Positions 51,359-61,953 of a stretch of 64,000 nucleotides of DNA are shown piece by piece. Positions within the stretch are counted from its first letter, which is position 1. Every line of letters begins with the position of its first letter. The position numbers and the translations under genes were made by a program. Where the stretch lies: positions 736,001 to 800,000 of the forward strand of contig CAXXDV010000001.1 of NCBI GenBank assembly GCA_963674745.2. The letters run 5' to 3'. The stretch comes from Desulfosudaceae bacterium. Its GTDB lineage: Bacteria > Desulfobacterota > Desulfobacteria > Desulfobacterales > Desulfosudaceae. Below the pieces are notes generated by a model. That model searched no databases. It saw only the letters and a program-made list of their open reading frames with translations, and had not been told where the DNA came from.

Positions 51359-52870
51359 ATGCTTGGGGCTATGGCGGTATTTATGGGTATCTCTAAAATC
51401 CATTTATGGCGAATCGTAAATAAAAGTATAATTCTAATTATTTCTTACCTGCTGGCCGGTCTGTCCATGGTGTTGGCAGAAGATTTTGATAATGACCGTT
51501 CGAGGGAGCGGGAAAATTCCCTATATCCCAGGACCGGCTTGGTTGAACGGCCGGATGATATCGATAAAGAAGAATACAATATTTTCCCTCTTTTGGGCCG
51601 CTCTTTATATTTGAAAGGAGAAGTTCAGTTCGCCTCTGAATTTATGGGCAATTATGCGCTAAAGCCAAAAACCAGGGACCATCTTTTAGAAATCGAGCCG
51701 ACATTGGTTGTGGAATGTTTTTATCCATTATCGGCAAAGGCATCTGTTTATCTGGAAGGGGAGGCCCAGTTCAAGAGCGAGTACGATTCTGAGACAAAAG
51801 ACCGCTATGACCGTTGGATTTTTGAACGTGTCGAAAGCTGGATTTTTGTTGGGGATATTCAGGATTCGGGCCTGAGTATTCAGCTTGGCCGGCAAAATTA
51901 TGAAGACGAACGGCAATGGTGGTGGGACGAACGGCTGGACAGCATCCGGCTGCATTATGATGAAATGGACGTTCATTCAGAAATCGGTATCGCGAGGGAA
52001 CTGGGACCGGAATCAACCGAACATGGACGGATTGAGCCGGAAAAGGAAGACATCTTCCGCGTATTGACGCACACTGCCTGGCGATTGAATGATGCCTTAA
52101 GATTTGATTTATTCGGTCTTTATCAGAACGATTGCTCCAGCCGGCCGGAAGAGCAGGATACCATACAGCCGGACAGAGAAGATGAAAGCGACGCTGACCT
52201 TTTATGGTATGGCGCCAGGTTCTCTGGTGAGGTCGAAGCAGGCAGACTGGGTGATTTTGATTACTGGATCGATACAGCCGGATTGACGGGTAATGAAAAG
52301 CGATTCGAATTTGAGGAAACCGATGATGGCGTCATTGAAGTCACCGGGATTACAGCTTATGACGCTTCAGGCTGGGCGGTTGATGCCGGTATTACCTGGA
52401 AGACCGGCGTGTTGCGTAATATGGAGCTGACACTGGGATATGCCTTGGGTTCAGGCGACAACAATCCCGAAGACAATAAAGATAAATCCTTCCGCCAGAC
52501 CGGGCTGAACGAAGGTGATAACAGGTTTCAATATTACGGAGAAGTATTTAATCCGGAGTTGTCCAATATGCGCATCCAGACAGCTTCCTTAGGTTTCCAC
52601 CTCACGGAAACCTGTGTTATTGATTTGATTTATCACCATTACAGCCAGGTCCATCCGGCTTCTTTTATGCGTGAAAAAGATATAGAAGCGGATCCGCAAG
52701 GTCTTGATGAATCACTGGGAGAAGAGTGGGACCTGGTCGCCAATGCGGAAGCATGGGAAAATATTGAGATCGAAACCAGCGCATCGTTTTTCAGGAGCGG
52801 TGATGCTTTCGGTGATTTTTCCGGTGACACCGCATATCGTTTGAACTTTGAAATAACCTATCAATTTTGA
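51359..52870 (+). CDS. Alginate-export (AlgE-like) outer-membrane beta-barrel (start uncertain)
   Basis: QLGRQ..DERQWWWDE.LD, LGYALGSGD, FRQTGL, YYGEVFNPELSN, LGEEWDL, terminal YQF. Confidence 0.75.
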   Translation: MLGAMAVFMGISKIHLWRIVNKSIILIISYLLAGLSMVLAEDFDNDRSRERENSLYPRTGLVERPDDIDKEEYNIFPLLGRSLYLKGEVQFASEFMGNYALKPKTRDHLLEIEPTLVVECFYPLSAKASVYLEGEAQFKSEYDSETKDRYDRWIFERVESWIFVGDIQDSGLSIQLGRQNYEDERQWWWDERLDSIRLHYDEMDVHSEIGIARELGPESTEHGRIEPEKEDIFRVLTHTAWRLNDALRFDLFGLYQNDCSSRPEEQDTIQPDREDESDADLLWYGARFSGEVEAGRLGDFDYWIDTAGLTGNEKRFEFEETDDGVIEVTGITAYDASGWAVDAGITWKTGVLRNMELTLGYALGSGDNNPEDNKDKSFRQTGLNEGDNRFQYYGEVFNPELSNMRIQTASLGFHLTETCVIDLIYHHYSQVHPASFMREKDIEADPQGLDESLGEEWDLVANAEAWENIEIETSASFFRSGDAFGDFSGDTAYRLNFEITYQF

Positions 52871-53000
52871 TCGATGTTCATTTATTTTTTGACCCTTCAT
52901 CTGCATTTTACATGCAGGATTAACCTCATTTATTGCGACAAATCCTCTGCCCGGTTACCGCAATCGCCCTTATACAAACAAAATGTACAGGATCTCCACC

Positions 53001-53016
53001 ATTACTAAATGGTAAT
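53001..53016. promoter_or_regulatory. Regulator box
   Basis: (C)ATTACTAAATGGTAAT with TATACT about 33 nt downstream. Confidence 0.7.
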
Positions 53017-53096
53017 TTTTCAGCAACAATGCCGTCATCTTGAACTTTTATACTGCAGAGTAATATTAAACATCCGAAAAGCTGATGGTGTTATGA

Positions 53097-54917
53097 ATGT
53101 TTGTCACAACCGATAAGTGGCCATCCGGACGACCGGATTTAAAAACCGATATAATTCTGCCTTCCAAACCCCGGCCGGCTTCAGCCGACCGTCCCTTCAT
53201 CAATAAAGCCATCTGCCTGCTGGCCGCACTGGCGGTCTGCTTCACCGGCATTTTAGGCCATGACCTGTGGACCCCGGATGAGCCAAGGGTGGCCGCCATT
53301 GCCCTTGAAATGGCGCAGAACGGTAATTTTGTCGTCCCCCATCTGGCCGGGGTCCCTTTTATTGAAAAACCGCCCCTTTACTTTGCCGCGGCCGCGATGA
53401 TGCTCAAGCTGATCGGGCCGGTGGCCGGACCGGCCGGCGCCATTCGTCTGACATCGGCCTTGTTCGGACTGGGCGTGCTGCTCATGATCTTTCTGATCAC
53501 CCGGCGCCTGTGGGACAACAGCACGGGTTTACTGGCCGCCGCGGTACTGGTCACCATGGAGGGCTTTGTTGAAAAATTTCACTGGATCGTGGTGGACCCG
53601 GCCCTTTCTTTTTTTGTCGTGGCTTTTACCTGGTGCCTGGTCGAGATATATTTTAACAACCGCAAAGTATGGTTACCACTGACCGGTTTTTTTCTGGCTG
53701 GGGCGTTTCTCTCTAAAGGCGCGATCGGACCGGCCCTGGCAGCGATCCCCTGGGCCGGGCTAGCAGCGGTATGGTTTTTAAAAGACAGGAAGCGGAATAA
53801 AGGCACAATCAAAGGGTTTATCACAGCACACCTGTGGCTGCTGCTTGTTTTCGGCATTATTTCCGGGGCCTGGATCGTGCTGCTGTATATCAAAGGCGGA
53901 CCGGCCCTTTGGGATGAATGGTTCTGGGTGAACCAGGTCGGCCGGTTTACCGGCCAGGCCGACAAAGGGCACATCAGACCCGGGCAACCCTTTTATTATG
54001 TGGTCCAAACCATGCGTTACACCATGCCGTGGACACCGCTGGTGCTTTATTGGTTTGTGACAGTCACCAGGCGCCTGATCAAAGAAAAACAGATCACCCG
54101 GGGAAACCTTTTTCTCTATCTCTGGGGCTCGGTATCAATCTTGTTGTTAAGCTGTGCGGCCACCAAACGGGGGCTTTACCTGTTACCGGTTATGCCGGTT
54201 TTTGCCATCATGACCGCCACCAGCCTGCAACAGGTTACTTCAGCCTGGTTTAAATGGTATTCCCGATTTTGGGTGTCCATATGCCTGACCGTTATTGCGC
54301 TTATTGTCATTTTACCGCTGGCACCGATTCCCTTGCCGGATGTGATCCCCGTCCAGATGAAAACCGTTCTGACTGATTTTAGTCATCACCAGTTTATCGC
54401 AGGGCTCATGCTGGCGGTATGTCTGGTGGCTTTATTCCGCTTTCGCGGGATTATCCCCCGGGAATATCTCATGATCCTGGCCACCACCGGACTGCTGGTC
54501 AGTTATATGGGTGCACCGGTTCAGGCCATTGATCGGCGGGAAAGCATGGCCGCGGATGTCCGCCGGTTTGTATCCCAGATACCGGAAGCCGGTCGCGGAC
54601 GGATCGCCGGCGTCAACTTCAGCGAAACCATGCGCGGCGCATTTTCCTTTTATACAGACTGGCAGGTTCCCCAGGTAACGGACGAAGCCCGGATCAAACG
54701 CATTCTCACCGGACAGGATAAAATCTATGACAGCCTGCTGGTTAATCACCGGGATAAACACGACAGGCTTCATGCCGAAACCGACCTGGCCCCCTGCCCC
54801 TATCTGATCCTTTCCGAAATGGTCACCGGCGATCATCGTCATAGAAGAATCTTCTGGATCAAAGGCAAAAACATCGTGTTAACCGAAAATATGATGCGGC
54901 ATCCGAAAGGCTTTTGA
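53097..54917 (+). CDS. ArnT-like (GT83/PMT) glycosyltransferase #1
   Basis: [31 protein letters not shown]. Confidence 0.88.
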   Translation: MFVTTDKWPSGRPDLKTDIILPSKPRPASADRPFINKAICLLAALAVCFTGILGHDLWTPDEPRVAAIALEMAQNGNFVVPHLAGVPFIEKPPLYFAAAAMMLKLIGPVAGPAGAIRLTSALFGLGVLLMIFLITRRLWDNSTGLLAAAVLVTMEGFVEKFHWIVVDPALSFFVVAFTWCLVEIYFNNRKVWLPLTGFFLAGAFLSKGAIGPALAAIPWAGLAAVWFLKDRKRNKGTIKGFITAHLWLLLVFGIISGAWIVLLYIKGGPALWDEWFWVNQVGRFTGQADKGHIRPGQPFYYVVQTMRYTMPWTPLVLYWFVTVTRRLIKEKQITRGNLFLYLWGSVSILLLSCAATKRGLYLLPVMPVFAIMTATSLQQVTSAWFKWYSRFWVSICLTVIALIVILPLAPIPLPDVIPVQMKTVLTDFSHHQFIAGLMLAVCLVALFRFRGIIPREYLMILATTGLLVSYMGAPVQAIDRRESMAADVRRFVSQIPEAGRGRIAGVNFSETMRGAFSFYTDWQVPQVTDEARIKRILTGQDKIYDSLLVNHRDKHDRLHAETDLAPCPYLILSEMVTGDHRHRRIFWIKGKNIVLTENMMRHPKGF

Positions 54918-54944
54918 AGGTTTCTCAGCAGATTCATGGCTATC

Positions 54945-54960
54945 ATTACCAAATGGTAAT
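54945..54960. promoter_or_regulatory. Regulator box
   Basis: (C)ATTACCAAATGGTAAT(G) with TATTAT about 33 nt downstream. Confidence 0.72.
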
Positions 54961-55067
54961 GTTCCGGCAATCATCCAATAATCCTTCAATTTATATTATT
55001 TATCAATTTAAGCAATTATAGAATAAATCCAAAGAAACGGACGCAAAGGCCGATCGTATTAACAGTA

Positions 55068-56897
55068 ATGATTATTGCCAACCCTAAAGTTACTGCCGGA
55101 CAACCGTCCGAAACAAGCCGCATACTGCCAACTTTTGCAAAGCATCGGTCCATTAACGACCTTATCTGTCTGTTGGCGGTGCTGGCGATAGGATTCACAG
55201 GTATCTTGGGCCATGATCTGTGGACCCCGGATGAGCACAGGGTAGCCGCCATTGTCCTTGAAATGGCACAAACCGGAAATTTTGTCATCCCGCATCTGGC
55301 CGGGGTGCCGTTCATTGAAAAACCGCCCCTCTACTTTGCTGTTGCGGCCATAATGCTCAAGGTTATGGGACCGCTGATCGGACCGGTCGGCGCCATCCGC
55401 CTGACGTCGGCCTTGTTCGGGCTGGGCGTGCTGCTCATGACCTTTCTGATTACCCGGCGCTTATGGGGAAATAAAACCGGGGTCCTGGCCGTTGCGGTGC
55501 TGGCCACCATGGAAGGCTTTGTTGAAAATTTTCACTGGATCGTGGTCGATCCGGCCCTGGCCTTTTTTGTCGTCGCCTTTGTCTGGTGCCTGGTCGAAAT
55601 ATATTTTAACAACCGCCGATTTTGGTTTCCACTGGCCGGATTTTTTCTGGCCGGGGCGTTTCTTTCTAAAGGCGCGATCGGACCGGCCCTGGCGTTCATC
55701 CCCTGGCTGGGCCTGATGGTTATCTGGTTCTTTGAAAAACGTGAACAGAGGGATCTGAGCAAGGGCTTCGTTACCGCGCACCTGTGGCTCCTTCTGGTTT
55801 TTGTGATCATGACCGGACTCTGGATCGTGTTGTTATATATTAAAGGCGGCCCCCGGCTCTGGAATGAATGGTTCTGGGTGAACCAGGTCGGTCGTTTTAC
55901 CGGCCAGGCCGCGAAAGGTCACATCAAACCCGGACAACCGCTTTATTACGTGCTTCAGGCAATCGGTTACGGCCTGCCGTGGACGCCGCTGTTTTTATAC
56001 TGGCTGGGAACGACGGTTATCGGTTCCGCAAAAAAAAAGTTTTCCAATGATGAAGGGAAAAATCTGTTCCTCTGGATCTGGGGAATCGGCTCAATCGTGC
56101 TATTAACCATTCCCGCCACCAAACGGGGACTTTATATGCTACCGGTCCTGCCCGCTTTTGCCATTATGGTGGCCGTCAGCCTTATAGAACAAAAAACCGC
56201 TTCATGGTTCAAGTGGTATGCCGGATTCTGGACTACAATTTGTTTGGTCATTATGGCGGCCGTACTCATTATACCGCTGACGCCCGGTTTCCTTCCGAAT
56301 TCAATACCGGAAGAGGTGAAAGCGGTTTTGGTTGATTTTAATCATTATCATGTTATTATATTGATCTGGCTGGCAATCTGCATGGTGGCCATTATCCGGT
56401 TTCGCGACATTATCTCCAAAGAATACATGATGGTCCTGACAACGACCGGCCTGCTGGTGGTCCTTCTGGGCGTACCGATCCAGGCCATCGATCAAAAGGA
56501 AAGCATGGGCGCTGATGTGCGCCGGTTTGTGTCCCGGGTGCCGGAATCGCAACGCGATCGGATCGCCGGCTTCGGGTACACCTCAGCCAGGCAATTCTCC
56601 GAAACCATGTTGGGGGCATTTTATTTTTATACCGGTTGGAAGGTCCCCCAGATTGGTGATGAACAGCGCATACAGCAGATTCTCGCCGGACAGGACAAAG
56701 ACTATGACAGCCTGTTGGTCAATCGTCGGGACAAGCACGGCGACCTGCAGCCCGAAACCGACCTGGCGGACGTTCCCTATGAAATCCTTTCCGAAATGGT
56801 CACCGGCGACGAACAGAACCGAAAAGTATTCTGGATCAGGGGCGCAGGTAGCCGCCATATCCAGAAGGGACCAGTGATAAACCGAAAGGAAAACTGA
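55068..56897 (+). CDS. ArnT-like glycosyltransferase #2 (tandem paralog)
   Basis: [16 protein letters not shown]; long blocks shared with #1; stop overlaps arnB start. Confidence 0.88.
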   Translation: MIIANPKVTAGQPSETSRILPTFAKHRSINDLICLLAVLAIGFTGILGHDLWTPDEHRVAAIVLEMAQTGNFVIPHLAGVPFIEKPPLYFAVAAIMLKVMGPLIGPVGAIRLTSALFGLGVLLMTFLITRRLWGNKTGVLAVAVLATMEGFVENFHWIVVDPALAFFVVAFVWCLVEIYFNNRRFWFPLAGFFLAGAFLSKGAIGPALAFIPWLGLMVIWFFEKREQRDLSKGFVTAHLWLLLVFVIMTGLWIVLLYIKGGPRLWNEWFWVNQVGRFTGQAAKGHIKPGQPLYYVLQAIGYGLPWTPLFLYWLGTTVIGSAKKKFSNDEGKNLFLWIWGIGSIVLLTIPATKRGLYMLPVLPAFAIMVAVSLIEQKTASWFKWYAGFWTTICLVIMAAVLIIPLTPGFLPNSIPEEVKAVLVDFNHYHVIILIWLAICMVAIIRFRDIISKEYMMVLTTTGLLVVLLGVPIQAIDQKESMGADVRRFVSRVPESQRDRIAGFGYTSARQFSETMLGAFYFYTGWKVPQIGDEQRIQQILAGQDKDYDSLLVNRRDKHGDLQPETDLADVPYEILSEMVTGDEQNRKVFWIRGAGSRHIQKGPVINRKEN

Positions 56898-58048
56898 TGC
56901 GACAAACCTTTTTACCCTTCTCGCTGCCGTCCATCGGAGAAGACGAAATCGCCGCCGTAACCGAGGTGATGCGTTCCGGATGGATTACCACCGGCCCGAA
57001 AAACAGTGAGTTTGAGCAACAGTTCAGTGAATATACTGGCGCATCCCATACGGTCGCCCTGAGCTCGGCCACCGCAGGCATGCACCTGCTGTTAAAAGCC
57101 TTAGGCATCAAGCCCGGTGACGAGGTCATCACCCCGTCCATGACCTGGGTCTCAACCGTCAACCTGATCGTGCTGGCCGGCGCGACCCCGGTTTTCGCGG
57201 ATATTGACCGGGACACGCTGATGGTGACGCCGGATACAATAGCGCCCTGCCTGAGCAGCCGCACCCGGCTGATCCTTCCGGTCCACTTTGCCGGCGCATG
57301 TGCGGATCTGACCGGTTTGCGGAAACAGGCCGAAGATGCCGGTGTTCCCATGATTGAAGACGCCGCTCATGCCGTGGGCACGGAATACAGAGGTGAAAAG
57401 ATCGGTTGCCGGGGCACGTCCATATTTTCTTTCCACCCCATTAAAAATATCACCACCGGTGAGGGCGGCATGGTCTGTTCCGACGATCCCGACCTGGTCG
57501 AAGCCATCCGCCGGTTAAAGTTTCATGGGCTGGGCAAGGATGCCTATGACCGCAGCAGCCAGGGACGGTCACCTCAGGCGGAGGTACTGGAGCCGGGTTA
57601 TAAATACAATATGCCGGACATGCTGGCGGCCCTGGGTATTGTCCAGTTGAAAAAAATCGACGTTTTTAACCGCAAACGTGCTGAACTGGCCGGCCACTAC
57701 CTGGATCTGTTAAGCGACGTGGATGAGATTGTTCCGCTGTCCATACCACCGGCCGACTGCAAACATGCCTGGCACCTGTTTATTGTGCGACTTGACGCGG
57801 ACAAGGCCGCCCTGAACCGGGATGAGTTCATGGAGGCCCTGAAACAACGAAACATCGGCACCGGCCTGCATTTCCGTGCGGTACATCAACAGAAATTCTA
57901 TCGGGAAACCATGCCGTACCTGTCCGGCACGCTTCCCAACACCGAATGGAACTCGGACAGGATCTGCTCTTTGCCCCTGTTTCCGGATATGGAAGCCGAC
58001 GATGTCAGGGATGTGGTTACAGCCATCAAGGAAATTTTATCAAAATGA
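56897..58048 (+). CDS. arnB: UDP-4-amino-4-deoxy-L-arabinose aminotransferase
   Basis: [56 protein letters not shown]. Confidence 0.93.
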   Translation: MRQTFLPFSLPSIGEDEIAAVTEVMRSGWITTGPKNSEFEQQFSEYTGASHTVALSSATAGMHLLLKALGIKPGDEVITPSMTWVSTVNLIVLAGATPVFADIDRDTLMVTPDTIAPCLSSRTRLILPVHFAGACADLTGLRKQAEDAGVPMIEDAAHAVGTEYRGEKIGCRGTSIFSFHPIKNITTGEGGMVCSDDPDLVEAIRRLKFHGLGKDAYDRSSQGRSPQAEVLEPGYKYNMPDMLAALGIVQLKKIDVFNRKRAELAGHYLDLLSDVDEIVPLSIPPADCKHAWHLFIVRLDADKAALNRDEFMEALKQRNIGTGLHFRAVHQQKFYRETMPYLSGTLPNTEWNSDRICSLPLFPDMEADDVRDVVTAIKEILSK

Positions 58049-58989
58049 ATGAAAACTGTCTGATATCGATTGTTATCCCCGTATTTAACGAGGAGGATAA
58101 CCTGGATGAATTAATACGGCGCTGTCTTTCCGTCTGCCGCGGCCACAAGAACCCTTTCGAGGTTATTCTGGTCGACGACGGCAGCACTGACCGGTCCGCG
58201 CAAATGATTGAACGGGCGGCCCTTACAAACCCGGAACTAACCGGTATTCTTCTGAACCGGAACTATGGGCAGCATTCCGCGGTTATGGCGGGTTTTGAAG
58301 CGTCCCGGGGAGAAATTGTCGTTACCCTGGATGCCGATCTTCAGAACCCGCCCGAGGAGATCCCCCGGCTCATTGAGACCATGGCCGAAGGATACGACGT
58401 GGTCGGCAGCGTCCGGATGAACCGACGTGATCCGATCTTTAGAAAAATCGCCTCATTTGCGGTGAACAAATACGTTCAAAGAGTCACCGGCGTCATGATG
58501 AAGGATTACGGCTGCATGCTGAGGGCCTATCGCCGGCACATTATTGACGCGGTTTTAAACTGCCCGGAACGCAGTACTTTTATTCCGATCCTGGCCAACA
58601 GCTTTGCCCGGTCAAGCACGGAAGTAAACGTCAGCCACGATGAACGACATAATGGTGACTCAAAATACGGCTTTTATGAACTGATATCTCTGCAGTTTGA
58701 CCTGCTGACCTGCATGACCGCCTTTCCCCTGCGACTGTTCAGTATCCTGGGCGCCCTGGCCTGTTTTGCCGGAACCGGTTTCGGTATTTTTCTTATGGTC
58801 ATGCGCCTCATATTCGGGGCTACATGGGCTGCGGAGGGGGTGTTTACGCTGTTTGCCATTCTGTTTGTCTTTGTCGGAGTGCAATTTCTGGCCTTCGGAT
58901 TGATCGGCGAATACATCGGTCGCATTTACAACGATGTCCGGGCCAGGCCCCGGTATTACGTACAGAAAACTGTCGGAAACCACCCTTAA
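58045..58989 (+). CDS. arnC: Undecaprenyl-phosphate Ara4FN transferase
   Basis: [61 protein letters not shown]. Confidence 0.93.
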   Translation: MNENCLISIVIPVFNEEDNLDELIRRCLSVCRGHKNPFEVILVDDGSTDRSAQMIERAALTNPELTGILLNRNYGQHSAVMAGFEASRGEIVVTLDADLQNPPEEIPRLIETMAEGYDVVGSVRMNRRDPIFRKIASFAVNKYVQRVTGVMMKDYGCMLRAYRRHIIDAVLNCPERSTFIPILANSFARSSTEVNVSHDERHNGDSKYGFYELISLQFDLLTCMTAFPLRLFSILGALACFAGTGFGIFLMVMRLIFGATWAAEGVFTLFAILFVFVGVQFLAFGLIGEYIGRIYNDVRARPRYYVQKTVGNHP

Positions 58990-59004
58990 GAAAGGAAAAC
59001 ATCT

Positions 59005-61074
59005 ATGAAAACAATCGTTTTTGCATATCATAACATCGGTTGCGAAGGAATCCGGGCGCTCTTGCGCAACGGATTTGAAATTGCGGCTATCATTACCCAT
59101 ACGGATGATCCATCCGAGGCGACCTGGTTTGATTCCGTAGCGGAACTGGCGGTTGAGCAAGACATACCCGTTTATGCGCCGGAAGATGTCAACCACCCCA
59201 TTTGGGTGAACAGAATACGGTCTCTGGCCCCGGACATTATTTTTTCGTTTTATTATCGAAACATGCTGGGTCGGGAAATCCTTGACATCCCGGGCCAGGG
59301 CGCACTGAACCTGCATGGTTCCCTGCTGCCCGCCTACCGGGGGCGATGCCCGGTCAACTGGGTCCTGATTAACGGTGAAAAAAAAACCGGTATTACCCTG
59401 CATTACATGACATCCGCACCTGATGCCGGTGATATCGTGGCCCAGGAAGAAATTGCGATAACGCAGGAGGACACGGCCCACACCTTGTACGGCAAGCTGG
59501 TGCCGGCCGCATCCAGGCTGCTGGACAAATATCTTCCGCTCATTAAAGCCGGATCGGCGCCGCGTGTCCCTCAAAATTCTCTGCAGGCCTCTTATTTCGG
59601 CGGCCGGCGACCCGAAGACGGAGAAATTAACTGGAGCTTGTCGGCCGAATCGGTCCGCAACCTGGTCCGGGCCGTCACCCGGCCTTATCCCGGGGCATTT
59701 TCCCATACCGGCGACCGCAAGATCCTGTTCTGGAAAGCAACCTGTGTTCCATGCAGACAAAAGGCCGTTGCGCCGGGTACCGTCCTGTCGACCGTGCCCC
59801 TGGTCATCGCCTGCGGCAAGGACGCCGTCCAGATCGATTCCGGGCAGACCGAACCCGGTGTCCCCGTAACCGGCCCGCAACTGGCGGACGAACTTAAACT
59901 TGTTACCGGGCTGACGTTCGGGCCGGCAGTGGGCCCGGCCTTGGAGCAGAACAGAAAAAAACAAGTACTGATACTGGGGGTAAACGGATTTATCGGTAAC
60001 GCCCTGACCGAAAGGCTGCTTGACGGCGGCCGTTACGAGGTCCACGGTATGGATATTCACTCGGACAGTATCGGCCGGTTTAAAGGAAAACCGGGTTTTA
60101 CTTTTCATGAAGGCGATATTGCCATCCATCGGGAATGGATCGAATACCATATCAAAAAATGCGACATCATCCTGCCGCTGGTGGCCATTGCCACACCGGC
60201 CGAATACACCCGCAATCCCCTGACCGTTTTCGAGCTTGATTTTGAAGAAAACCTGCGCATTGTTCGTTACTGTGCAAAGTATGGCAAACGCATTCTTTTC
60301 CCCTCCACTTCCGAAGTATACGGCATGTGCGATGACGGGACATTTAACGAGGAATCATCAAACCTGGTGCTGGGACCGATCAATAAACAGCGTTGGATTT
60401 ATTCCTGCAGCAAGCAGCTCCTGGACAGGGTGATTTACGCTTATGGACAGAAGCAGGGCCTGAAATTCACTCTTTTCAGGCCGTTCAACTGGATCGGACC
60501 GCGGCTGGACAGCCTGTCATCAGCCCGAATCGGGAGTTCCCGGGCGATCACCCAGCTGATTCTCAACCTGGTCGAAGGCACGCCGATTCAGCTGGTGGAC
60601 GGCGGCCGGCAACAGCGCTGTTTTACCGACATATCGGACGGGGTTGAATGCCTCTACAGAATTATAGAAAATCATGGCAGCCGTTGCGACGGGCAGATCA
60701 TCAACATCGGCAATCCGGACAACGAAGCCAGTATCAAAGAACTGGCCGAGATGCTGGTGGAGGCCTTCGACCATCACCCGTTGCGCTCACAGTTCCCACC
60801 GTTCGCCGGCATGCGGGAAGTGGAAAGCGGAACCTTTTACGGTCAGGGCTACCAGGATGTTCAGCACCGCAAACCGAGTATCGGCAATGCCCGCCGCCTG
60901 CTGGGCTGGGAACCGACGGTTCCCCTGGCGCAATCAATTAAAGAAACCCTTGATTTCTTTCTCCGGCAGACGGTAGGAGTATCTTTGAACAGACCAGATA
61001 GGGATATGCAAGATTTAAGCTTGAAGGAAATCCCCCGGGAGACTATTTATTATGGAACTCGGACTCAGGGTTGA
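59005..61074 (+). CDS. arnA: Bifunctional UDP-GlcA oxidase/decarboxylase and UDP-Ara4N formyltransferase
   Basis: [57 protein letters not shown]. Confidence 0.96.
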   Translation: MKTIVFAYHNIGCEGIRALLRNGFEIAAIITHTDDPSEATWFDSVAELAVEQDIPVYAPEDVNHPIWVNRIRSLAPDIIFSFYYRNMLGREILDIPGQGALNLHGSLLPAYRGRCPVNWVLINGEKKTGITLHYMTSAPDAGDIVAQEEIAITQEDTAHTLYGKLVPAASRLLDKYLPLIKAGSAPRVPQNSLQASYFGGRRPEDGEINWSLSAESVRNLVRAVTRPYPGAFSHTGDRKILFWKATCVPCRQKAVAPGTVLSTVPLVIACGKDAVQIDSGQTEPGVPVTGPQLADELKLVTGLTFGPAVGPALEQNRKKQVLILGVNGFIGNALTERLLDGGRYEVHGMDIHSDSIGRFKGKPGFTFHEGDIAIHREWIEYHIKKCDIILPLVAIATPAEYTRNPLTVFELDFEENLRIVRYCAKYGKRILFPSTSEVYGMCDDGTFNEESSNLVLGPINKQRWIYSCSKQLLDRVIYAYGQKQGLKFTLFRPFNWIGPRLDSLSSARIGSSRAITQLILNLVEGTPIQLVDGGRQQRCFTDISDGVECLYRIIENHGSRCDGQIINIGNPDNEASIKELAEMLVEAFDHHPLRSQFPPFAGMREVESGTFYGQGYQDVQHRKPSIGNARRLLGWEPTVPLAQSIKETLDFFLRQTVGVSLNRPDRDMQDLSLKEIPRETIYYGTRTQG

Positions 61075-61939
61075 TGTAGATACATACCGCGGCACCCGGA
61101 CAGGCGTCCCCAATCTGCGAAAAATCTTTTACGATAACGCCATAACCGCATCCTTCTTTTTTTCCATGGGGCCGGATAATATGGGCCGCCATTTATGGCG
61201 ACTGTTGAGGCCGGCTTTCCTGAAAAAAATGATGCGTTCAAACGCGCCCGGGCTTTATGGCTGGGATATTCTACTGCGGGGAACGATCTGGCCGGGACCG
61301 GTTATCGGCCGTGAAGCCGGACAGGTTATACGGGCGGTTGCCGCCGACGGTCATGAGACAGGACTTCATGCCTGGGACCACCACCGTTGGCAGGTGAAAG
61401 CGCTCCTTATGGATGACGAGATGGTATATCACGACATTGAAGCCGGCTTTAATTTATTCGCCGACATTGTCGGCCGGCCGCCGTCATGCTCGGCCGCGCC
61501 TGGATGGATATGCAACAACACCATACTGAAACAAAAAGACCTGTTTCCATTTACCTATAATTCCGATTGTCGGGGAACAGACGTTTTTCTTCCACTTGTT
61601 GAAGGAAGGTCATTAACCGTCCCCCAGATACCGGTGACGTTACCGACTTATGACGAAATTATCGGCAGCCGTGGGATTACCGCTGAAAGCTACAACGATC
61701 ATCTTCTTTCCCTGATACAGCCTGACCGACTGAACGTACTGACCGTTCATGCCGAAGTGGAAGGCATTATCTGCCGGGAGTTGTTTGTTGATTTTCTTGA
61801 AAGATGCCGACAAAAGGAAATTTCCATTGTCCCCCTCGGGCGCCTGTTAAAAGAGGATGAACCGCTACCCGGTGCAACTGTTCGCCTGGGAGAAATTGGT
61901 GGCCGTCAGGGGCTTGTTTGCATGCAAAATAAGAATTAA
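61052..61939 (+). CDS. arnD: Ara4FN-undecaprenyl deformylase
   Basis: [44 protein letters not shown]. Confidence 0.93.
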   Translation: MELGLRVDVDTYRGTRTGVPNLRKIFYDNAITASFFFSMGPDNMGRHLWRLLRPAFLKKMMRSNAPGLYGWDILLRGTIWPGPVIGREAGQVIRAVAADGHETGLHAWDHHRWQVKALLMDDEMVYHDIEAGFNLFADIVGRPPSCSAAPGWICNNTILKQKDLFPFTYNSDCRGTDVFLPLVEGRSLTVPQIPVTLPTYDEIIGSRGITAESYNDHLLSLIQPDRLNVLTVHAEVEGIICRELFVDFLERCRQKEISIVPLGRLLKEDEPLPGATVRLGEIGGRQGLVCMQNKN

Positions 61940-61953
61940 CACATAAAAAATGA

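Noticed and set aside
58660..60150. 496-aa minus-strand ORF, and similar long shadows at 26251-27213, 21876-22775 and 30957-31904
   Set aside because: Antisense to well-supported genes; expected from codon bias and lacking motifs
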